Part shown: one piece after another, positions 41,401-50,283 of the stretch
Layout: each line of letters starts with the position of its first letter
Numbering within the stretch: the stretch's first letter is position 1
Source: Antedon mediterranea
Lineage: Eukaryota > Animalia > Echinodermata
NCBI RefSeq assembly: GCF_964355755.1
Contig: NC_092673.1
Coordinates: 1,054,001-1,118,000, forward strand
Reading direction: 5' to 3'
DNA length: 64,000 nucleotides
Position numbers and translations under genes: made by a program
The notes under the pieces: generated by a model
The model's input: only the letters and a program-made list of their open reading frames with translations
Databases searched by the model: none
What the model was told of the DNA's origin: nothing

Positions 41401-42716
41401 CTCTTGTAACATGACCACAGTGCTGATTTTAACATTTTCCCCTAACTTCATTAAGTGTTCAGTCAAGCTTTAAATTCATCCAATTCTCCCTCCCTAAACA
41501 TTAATGATACTAAATAAGTAGTTAATTGATCTATCTAGTGTTAGAAAACAAGTTTGTGTGTATTTTTCAGTGGTAAACACATGTTGACACTTGGTAGTAA
41601 CTTTAAGATGGGGGCAGGTGTTTTAGATGTGCAATATGAGGATGCTAATACAGTACTGTCTTGTGGTTATGATACATATCTAAGAATATGGGATACAAGA
41701 TCAAGTAGGTATGTAGAATTGTGCTGCTGCTCTGTGGCGGCTCGCTTGCTACTTTTTTCAATCTATGTAGAACTAGAAAGTGCTTTGTTGCAAATAGCAT
41801 TAATGTACAATTCTAACGTTCGACGATAACTCTTTGCTGTAATTTTTATTTTGAATTTTTTATTGTTTTAACAGTATTTTAAAGGGCCTATGGCGTGTTT
41901 GCAATCTACATTTTTATTTGTTTTTAATCAGTATTTTAACATAGGCCAATAAATTGTATTTTAAAATTGCCTTTTGCAATTTAATGTATTTGTCTTTGTT
42001 GTTTTATTGTCTTAATTATGCCAAGCAAAATGAATTTTCATTTTAAAGTGGACCAATCAAATGTCTTGAATCTTGAGTAGGTATGAAGAATATGAGTAGG
42101 TGTGTTATGTCTAGGCTACAGCTTCAGTGTCTAATCATATAGAGCTTGTGGACTGTTTGTTATTTTAATGTTTAATGAAACATTTGCAAATAACTTTATA
42201 CTTTCGTTTCAGATCATGCGTTAGAGAATATGAGGAAGTGGATGACAATGCTCTGTATTGTTTACAAAGTAATGGCGGGTATCTCATAGCAACAGGCTCA
42301 AATAGATTTGGTGTTGTCAGGTTATGGGACAAACGAATGACAGAGTGTTTAAGTGTGAGTAAATATAACTGCCACTAACATCATGTTGATTTTCCTCGGG
42401 GTCTAAAACTAGTTTGACAAAAAAGTGTGATTTGCCCAAATATGGTAGTGATATATGGGCACATCAATTTTTTTGTAACATAAATTTTGATAGTGTAGAC
42501 AGAGCTTTAGGATTATACCGTTGATAATACTTTGTTCTTCCATGATTAGTTAGACCTATATCTTTTATAAATTCATTTATATCATTCATTTTGCAGAAAT
42601 TTTACATTGGAAACAAGAAAAGTGGTTCTGTTTACTCATTGCAATTTAATCTTACAAATATATATGCAAGTCTATCCCATTCCATTCAGACGTTGGATTT
42701 CTCCGACTGCAGATAA
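38239..42716 (+). CDS. FBXW4: F-box/WD40 repeat protein 4 (dactylin); 8 coding exons, 389 aa
   Basis: Exons 38239-38432, 38760-38855, 39190-39372, 39683-39913, 41074-41139, 41571-41708, 42213-42354 and 42597-42716 are all GT-AG and join in frame (1170 nt). N-terminal F-box (LLDLNKDVLFLLASYLSIKDLGRLSQVCRQL). WD40 segments match human FBXW4 motifs: GAGVLDVQYE..TVLSCGYDTYLRIWD, LYCLQSNG..LIATGS..GVVRLWDKR and the C-terminal YASLSHSIQTLDF. Confidence 0.95.
38760..38855 (+). CDS. FBXW4: FBXW4 coding exon 2 (YPKLNLKEICRLSRNWENG...)
   Basis: TTCCAG acceptor, GTAAGT donor; 96 nt; matches human KERVKVSQNWRLG. Confidence 0.9.
38898..39068. mobile_element. Tc1/mariner-pogo-like MITE in FBXW4 intron 2
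   Basis: TA-CAGTCAACTCTCCAAATACC...GGTATTAGTAGAGTTG; internal ACCAGA repeats. Confidence 0.55.
39190..39372 (+). CDS. FBXW4: FBXW4 coding exon 3
   Basis: LLPHLQLQKDQLYVSH...HDICKFVVKDGHIVTGAR; AG/GT boundaries. Confidence 0.92.
39397..39512. mobile_element. MITE family A copy in FBXW4 intron 3, TTA TSD
   Basis: TTA-AGCTCTGTTTACAC...GTAGACAGAGCT-TTA. Confidence 0.8.
39541..39605 (+). mobile_element. tRNA-derived SINE head remnant
   Basis: Pol III B box GGTTCGATCC preceded by a degenerate tRNA-like sequence. Confidence 0.45.
39683..39913 (+). CDS. FBXW4: FBXW4 coding exon 4 (WD40)
   Basis: GHSLKVNCVD...VLSGSADKSWRLW; AG/GT boundaries. Confidence 0.92.
39943..40433. repeat. 54-bp minisatellite, 9 copies, in FBXW4 intron 4
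   Basis: Unit AAGTGAACTTATGCCTAAACTAACTTAACTGTTGGACAACTTGACTGTAAAATG. Confidence 0.95.
40448..40921. mobile_element. 474-bp MITE with ~50-bp TIRs in FBXW4 intron 4
   Basis: TAGGGAGTTTTCGCAATCTTACAAATACGATAACGAAAACGGATAC ... GTATCCGTTTTCGTTATCGTATTCGTAAGGTTGCGAAACCTCCCTA. Confidence 0.85.
41074..41139 (+). CDS. FBXW4: FBXW4 coding exon 5
   Basis: NIITGTSCINDHKPLDIWNIE matches human FVTGTACCGHFSPLRIWDLN; 66 nt. Confidence 0.9.
41571..41708 (+). CDS. FBXW4: FBXW4 coding exon 6
   Basis: GAGVLDVQYEDANTVLSCGYDTYLRIWDTR; donor GTATGT at 41709. Confidence 0.93.
41720..42075 (+). mobile_element. LINE-like 3' fragment in FBXW4 intron 6 with a 16-bp TSD
   Basis: T-rich body ending in TCTTGAATCTTGA, flanked by AGTAGGTATGTAGAAT (41704-41719) and AGTAGGTATGAAGAAT (42076-42091). 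Confidence 0.65.
42213..42354 (+). CDS. FBXW4: FBXW4 coding exon 7
   Basis: CVREYEEVDDNALYCLQSNGGYLIATGSNRFGVVRLWDKR; donor GTGAGT. Confidence 0.93.
42401..42505. mobile_element. MITE family A partial copy in FBXW4 intron 7
   Basis: Right TIR TGATAGTGTAGACAGAGCT is intact. Confidence 0.75.
42597..42716 (+). CDS. FBXW4: FBXW4 terminal coding exon
   Basis: KFYIGNKKSGSVYSLQFNLTNIYASLSHSIQTLDFSDCR followed by TAA. Confidence 0.92.
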   Translation, partial: KFYIGNKKSGSVYSLQFNLTNIYASLSHSIQTLDFSDCR

Positions 42717-43760
42717 CACTGAATTAGAATAAGAATATATTTATTTTAATATAATAGTATTTAATGCAAAGGTTATAAATATTAATTGTTTTTAACTAAT
42801 ATTAGATCATTGTAAGGTGTTTTTTAAAATCCAAATTAAACTTTTGAGCTAATATTAAAGCATGGTATACAGTAGTATTATATTTGTGCAGTGCATTGAC
42901 AAAGTATTTTTTAAAATTTGATTTAAGGGATTACAAAGTTTGTATCTAATGAATAGCCTATTATTAATACTATTCATCATGATACATAATTTTACATTTT
43001 AATAAAGATATAACATTCTTATAATACTAAATAAACTTAAGGCCAGAAAACTTAAATAGGATGGTGATAAATAATAGAAAAATAAATCATTTTTTACTGT
43101 CATTACGTTTATTTGTATGCTGTAGAAATTGTTATTTGTAAAACGTATTTGGCGCCCTCTATACCCATGAAAATATTTTAACTTTTTTTTGTTGACCACG
43201 TGTGTCGCGGGTGATTTGAACGGTCAGACGTGACAGACAAGGTGTGTGGAGGTGGTAGCCTAGCTAGGTAGGTGTATTGAATCAATATTATATTCAATAA
43301 TAATTATTTAAATTGAATAGCCTAATCTTAAATGAAATGCTAATGCAAAAAGTATCTACTGTATAATTTAAAAAAGCCTAGGCCTAGCTAGCCTAAACCT
43401 ACCTTCCTACCTAGCTAGGCTAGGCCTAGACGTCAAGCAGAGGAGGGAGTGCCATTTAATCTATCTATAGTCGCTCTACTAGGCTATGGTGGGTGTAGCC
43501 TAATATAGTCCTACTTTAATAACCTATTATTGCCTAATATGCCTAGGCCCTAGCCTAGTGATTATGGCTAATTAATGAGCCACCAAATTATAACAATGTA
43601 TATGTTTGGTGTATTGATTGAACCAACAAAGGGATAAAAATATTAATAAAATAAAATATTGTTTCAAGCTAGATATAGGCCTAGCTAGCTTATAAATAAT
43701 ATATGTATGCACACACCACAATTTTCCTATGTAGATTTCTTTTATTTATTTTTTTTTCAG

Positions 43761-43811
43761 TTTAGTTCACTCTTCCTATCATATCTCCTGCCTTCTTCAA
43801 GTCAAGAAAAG
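43761..43811 (+). other. 51-nt internal exon of an unidentified downstream gene (5'UTR or lncRNA)
   Basis: Very strong acceptor (long T tract + CAG) and donor AAG|GTAAGA; no recognisable protein. Confidence 0.55.
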
Positions 43812-45777
43812 GTAAGAAGATTAAATATTTCAATAAACCATTAACACCTTGGGAATGGTGGTTTTTTATGTGATATGCTGTCCGATACTTGATTGATGTC
43901 TTAAGTCATGAATGTTCTGCTGGGTAACGTGTGAAGGAACACCAACTCCATATACGACTACACCCCTCTCTGTGGTGCTAAATCCTGTAATGAAAATTGT
44001 AATTTACTTTTCTTGTGACTATTCATCTTTTACTGAAATATTTAGTATTTAATAAGGTTAAATAAACCTAGGAGTCATGTCGATTCAATTGCATATTAAA
44101 AGCTTTGACATTGTATCGATGGACCAGTCCTATATTAAAAATTAGATTGTTTAAAATTCTGCAGTTCTGTTTATAACAAATCTACTAATACTAAAAGCAC
44201 TTAGTCTAAACAAGTATCATTACATTGTTCTGTCATAAAATGTTAATACTTATCAATAACATAAGGTAAGATAGTTATATGACCTTATTTGGAAATCATG
44301 AATATTCATAAGATGGTTATTATTAGTAACATATTCTTGGCATTTAGCAGACACATAGATAATAACCTAATACATTAATAATATAAATATTTATAAACCG
44401 TGGTAAAGACGTTAATGTAACTAATGTTTACAACATGAGTTAATGACACCATGTTATAAGGAGCAGATTAATGTGTTAAACAGAAGCATTTATAGTGAAA
44501 ACAGATTTCTTTTAGTTCAAATAAAGTTTACAAAATAAGCAAAGTAAACCTATGCAATAACTGAGTCATTCTTTCATTTAAAAACTGGATTTGGTTTTCA
44601 AATATAGTTTAATTTAAAACCTTCCTACTAACTAGTACAGTTCCGGTCCTTGTGTATGTATGGAAGAAGCATGCAATAGCAACATTTTGGAAATTATTTG
44701 TTTATTTGTATAAACATTTCTTCATGTTATTAAAAAAAAAAAACATGGAACAAAACATACAAACAAAAGCACACTCTGCCTAGCATAGAGCAACATAATA
44801 TTGTCTATTAATTAGGGTAATATTGGAGTAGACTATAAGCAGCCTAATTTAAAACAGAAAATGTCCTGTTTTTCAATTACTTTTGATTGAAAAGTACAGT
44901 GCCTGTAATATCAGATTACTGTAAAGATCTTTTAACAATGGTGTATAGCGCCCTCATATAGAATAAAAGGGGGAAAAAAAGATTACTAATACTAGTTAAT
45001 TTGAATAAACACCAATAAATATTTACAGCTTTTTTCTCATAAAAACATTAATTGTATACACTTTACTTTAGATGTTTAATTATTTATGAGTCACTCATGG
45101 TGTGATATTGTATAACACTTTACATAACAGTATACTGTACATTAATCTCAGTTATAAGCCCAGTTAAACCTAGTTATAAGCCCTAACATTATCAAACAAT
45201 TAATTGTTTCTTTTTTAAAAATACAGTACTGTAAGTAGGGAAATTTTATATTTGTTATTATACGGTATTGAATTGAACACAAATAGAAACAAAAAATCCA
45301 GGACTCGCAATTGAAAGTCATTTTTCTGTCTTTAAACAAAATGATTTAGTACGACTAAGTTCAATAGCCTACAGTAGGATTGAAAAGGCATAAAAAAAAT
45401 CTACAAGTCTCGCAATGATCTTCTGTAGTACAATTGTTTGTTTTAACATGTCCCTAGATTTATATACCTTTCCCTAGACCCATTTACAGTGCTTTAATTT
45501 AGTAGTGGCCTCTTGGAAAAATAAATACAGCTTTTTATGTGTCTAAGGCATGATGTAAGTATACACTATTTCTATACACAATCACTGTATAGTGTATTGT
45601 AATTTGAAATTGACGTTAATAAAAAGAAGTAGACCTATCGTATGAGAATTATATTGGTTGGTGGGAATACTGTAGGCGTAAATTTGAATATTTAGGCCTA
45701 TTACAAAAAGTCTGTTTATGCACCTTGATCTCTAGCTAAAAGTTAATAATCAGTAGGAATAAGTCACACCTGAAACC

Positions 45778-45855
45778 TTGTCTACACTATCAAACATTTG
45801 ACATCTGACAACAAACGTAATGTGCCCAAATATATCATATTTTTTTGTCACAGAA
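45778..45855. mobile_element. MITE family A partial copy
   Basis: Left TIR TGTCTACACTATCAAAC only. Confidence 0.6.
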
Positions 45856-47560
45856 GAGAGAGTCTTTACTCGAATGGGCTTAACACTAAAACAGTCAAGT
45901 ATTTGAATTTACCCTTTCTATAGGTAATGTTCTATCTTAACTAAGAGGATGGTGCTTAGGATGCCAAATAGGATGGAGTCTTTTACATATTAGACTAAAA
46001 TTGCCATTTACCATGAGCATCTACTGTATGTAGATCATGTGTGTTGAGTTTTCATCTAAGCTCGACGACGTCAATTTGGTTATTTGCTAGAGTCCTCAGA
46101 GACGCCACTTCTGCTTTGTTAAATTAGTATATATTATGTATGATTTTAAATTTACTACATACTGCGGAAAATCACAGGTCGGGTCCCAAATAAAATGTAA
46201 TTGTGAATGTTTAAATGTAAAATTTCCAATTGTTATGTTTTTATGAATATTGGACAATAAAAGTTTTTGAATTTTGAATTTTTTGGAACAAAAATAGTGA
46301 TATAATGTGTACAAACCAGATGAACATTCAGAGTCAAATTAGCGATATAGCTATGACATTTTGTTACATTGTAGAGGCCTCCTATATGATCAGTTATATT
46401 TGCTTCAGATTGCCATTGCCAAATTAATGTCATTAAGTAATTAAAAACTAATCATAAATTGCTTAGCAACCTAATGACCATTTCAAATGAATGCTACGTT
46501 CTGGCCTAGAATCCTGCTGTTTGATAAGAATGTTCGACTGTCAACTTCATAACAAAATATTTTGATGGATGCTTGTCCTTTGTCATACTGACAGTGAAAG
46601 TATAGGTTGAGCGATATACCATCCTTATCTAACTATTTTTATATACAAAGTCTAATTGAATTCTTTATCTATTACGCCATATATTTTATTTGATTGTATT
46701 TTTTTTAGGATTAAAACGGTTTTATAACAATAATTACATCAAAAATCAAATTAGGGAAGAATGCTATGGGTATCAGCATAGAGATATTATCTCTATGGTA
46801 TCAGTGACTGGATCTCAATGGAGATACAAAATAAAATTAGCAAAAACCTAAAAAGTAAAACAGCTAGACAAATTTGGCTTTATTAGTGCAAGGCTATTAA
46901 TACAATTTAAAACATAAAGTCACTAGAACATTTACAATATTCAGAAATAAGTTAAAAGTTAGTTACAAACCACCAATTGCGTATGTTTTATGATTACACA
47001 GTTGATTCCAATAGAAACAACTGGAATGCTATTGTTCTTAAGATTCTTGACATTGTAAATTACCCCATTACTAAACTTGTGAAGGATACACATCCCTAGC
47101 CACCATACAGTCGCCAAATAATTTGTTATTGAAATAAACTACCAGATTAAACACTTGTTATAACATACAACATCCTTAAATAGGTGGATTGTTGGCCTAC
47201 TGTTTCTTTGTCTTCTAAAATAATTTATATTATCTTATATCACAATTTATTTGATTAATAAAGGGATGATTTTTTTTATTTATGTGGTGCTCAAAATTTA
47301 AATTATTTTGTGTTTTCACTATACTATTATCTTCTACTATATTTATTATTAAATTATTAAATTATTAGAGAACATTTATAAAATGGCAAAACAGGTGAAA
47401 TCTGTCAGTAATGAAAGTAAGTGCTTAATTTTAAGCAATAGGCTTAAGGGCCTCTTTACTCAAATTTCACTTCTAGTAAATTCGGCACTGAATGTAAAAG
47501 TACTTATTTGCCTTTTTTGCTTATTCATTCATAAATAAATGTGTTATCCAGTGAGCATAA

Positions 47561-47714
47561 GTTCTACACTATCAAACTAGTTTGACAAAAAAAATGTGAT
47601 GTGCCCAAATATGGTAGTGATATGCCCAAATATGGTAGTAGTATGACATCATGTCCGTGTATGGGCACATCATATTGTTTGTGCCACCTAAATGTTGATA
47701 GTGTAGACGGAGCT
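47561..47714. mobile_element. MITE family A copy
   Basis: Same TIRs and subrepeats. Confidence 0.8.
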
Positions 47715-48061
47715 TTAGGGTTACATTTGGCATTTGCTTTGTGATCAAAAAATAAAATAAATTGAAATACATAAACACAGTTATAATTCTCAAACATTGT
47801 TCACCACAAGCATTGAAATCATGTGTAGAAGACCATTAACACGTACTAATATTCAGATCCTGTCGAGAACAACACTAGTTTTTAAAACGATATTGGCTAC
47901 AGTATGATCATTAGCTAATGAATAAAACTGAGTTAGTTTCTAGTTAATCGACAGAGAACAACAGAGACATATTCACATAAACCAGGGAGTTCTTATTAGT
48001 AACTCCCTGCATAAACTACATTAATAATTACATTTCTAGTTTGTATAATTTTGTTTCCTAA

Positions 48062-48240
48062 AGCGTGGTTCCCACTAGCGACGCAACACAAGGACGTAAC
48101 GCAACGCAAGTGAATTGACCAATCACAAGCGATGGCTTATTCGCTTGTGGTTGCTAACTGTCTATAACTTCGCTTGTCATTGGTTAAAACGCTTGCGTTG
48201 CGTTTACGTCCTTGCGTTACGTTCTAGTGGGAACCACGCT
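48062..48240. mobile_element. MITE family B (PIF/Harbinger-like), complete 179-bp copy
   Basis: Perfect TIR AGCGTGGTTCCCACTAG...CTAGTGGGAACCACGCT; long fold-back; TAA/TTA flanks. Confidence 0.85.
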
Positions 48241-48913
48241 TTAGTAAACTTATTTTATGTAAAATAATATGTAACATTTATTTAACTTTTTCCTGGTATA
48301 AGATGACTTAATAAACAGCAAAGTTTAAAAATACATTTTTCTAAAGAATATAGAATTCATGGTCAGCATTTCTTTGTACTTTGTTTTGTTTGTCATCAAA
48401 TGTATTACCAGTTGTTTTCTGGTCACGCTTATTCTAATCACAGCAGCAGCTTCTCATCATGGGGGAGTTACTTATCGGAAGTAATAGTTCTACACTTGTG
48501 ATTTCACAGTCTCTGTCTTTCTCATTACCCACACAATTAATGTTATCGCCCACAGCTTTATATTTTAGAGTATTTTTAAAAAGTTGTGTGGTTTTTAGAG
48601 ATTGGAACTTATGTAAAAGGAAATAACATCTATTATCATTGAATGGCTGTAAGCAAGTGAAGGCAGTGTGGGCTGTTGCCGTTAGTTGAATGATTTGATG
48701 TTGTATTGTTATTTAAAGTACTTTTTACAACAGTTAGTTTCTATAAAAATGAAGAAAATTAAAGTCATACAGTTAATACTGAAATATCAAATTTCTTGTA
48801 GTTTTTTTTTTCAGCTCAGTTTTATTCTTGTTAATTGATAAATTTTATTTTTAGATATTTCTGAGAAACACAAATATTTCTTGCAATTTTCTCATTTTCA
48901 TGTTTTATTCTTG

Positions 48914-49808
48914 GGGTCTGTTTCCGCTGAAAAAATGAAAATAATCGATTTTTTCCAGTCACCGCAAACCACAAAAATAATCGCGTTGCAATTGAAAATT
49001 GCTACGACTTTAAGCGGTTATTCAGGTAATCGGTTTTTAAAATCACGTCATCATTCTCCCACAGCGCAGTTCAAGTTATGAAAGGCCGATGAGAGTTGGT
49101 TTGTTTACATTCTATCGCTGCCTAAAACTCTCACATGTAGGATTAAAAATTACTCTTACGTAAAGCTATATTATTTGTAAAATAAACATCTAGGCCTACT
49201 ACCGTACCACATACAACAGAATAATGATGTTATATTAATAAGGACACGTCGGCGAAAAAAGTTCGTTTCGCCGTTCGTTGGTTCTACCTTCGGCCTGCTA
49301 GGCCTAGGCCTATGCTATATATTTCTACCAAACAAACAGGCCTAAAAAATGACATGTAAAACATCGTTAGCCTGGACTGGTGGTATGTAACGGGTGTACT
49401 TGTAACACAGAATCCTGGAGTCTCTCGGTATAATTCTTCCCCACAAAATAATAAAAATCAAATGTTTAACATTTGATTGTTATTCGGTCTACATCGCGAT
49501 CGTGGTTTTGCTGATCGCCGTCGATATTGCGCAAATAAACAGCATGCTTTGTGACGTGAATAAGTTTGTCATACTCTAGAGGTCAAAGTGAGGTCAATAA
49601 TCGCTATTTGTGTTGCAGCTCAAAACTGCTCCGCAATAAGCGGTTAAAACAAGAAATAATCGATTAAAACACGCAATGGATTGAGTGTTTTTAATCGGTT
49701 ATTTTTAATCGGTTATTTTATTTTGCGCCGTTTCTGCTGCCCAAAAATAATCGATTAAAAAAATAAACGGTTAATAATCGATTATTTCTGCTCAGCAGAA
49801 ACAGGCCC
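48914..49808. mobile_element. 895-bp non-autonomous TIR element (Harbinger-like), TTG TSD
   Basis: TTG-GGGTCTGTTTCCGCTG...CAGCAGAAACAGGCCC-TTG; subterminal AATAATCG/AATCGGTT repeats. Confidence 0.8.
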
Positions 49809-50124
49809 TTGGATAAATTTTATTTTTAGATATTTCTCAGAAGTATGAAGCACAATTATTGATTATTTAAATTGTTTTTAATTGTAATGGCTATATGATA
49901 AGTTGCATTGCCAGATTAATAATTACTGGCCAGTTAATAGAGATTCGTCATCAAAATCTTTGTTGTGATCTACTATCATCAATATCTGCATCATCATCAT
50001 TAATAATCGGTCATTATCATTATCATAATCGTCAAAATCAGCATCTATATAAATATATATATATAAATGTAACTAAAATTGGAACATTTTAACATTTTTA
50101 ATATGCTTTTAAGGGTTCATTACA

Positions 50125-50283
50125 CTTTGTCTACACTATCAAACTAGTTTGAAAAAAAAATTTTGATTTGTGTAAATATGGTAGTGATATACCCAAATGT
50201 GGTAGTGATATGATGTAATCATGTCCATATATGGGCACATCACATTTTTTTATCACATAAAGTTTGATAGTGTAGACAGAGCT
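50125..50283. mobile_element. MITE family A copy
   Basis: Same TIRs and subrepeats. Confidence 0.8.
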
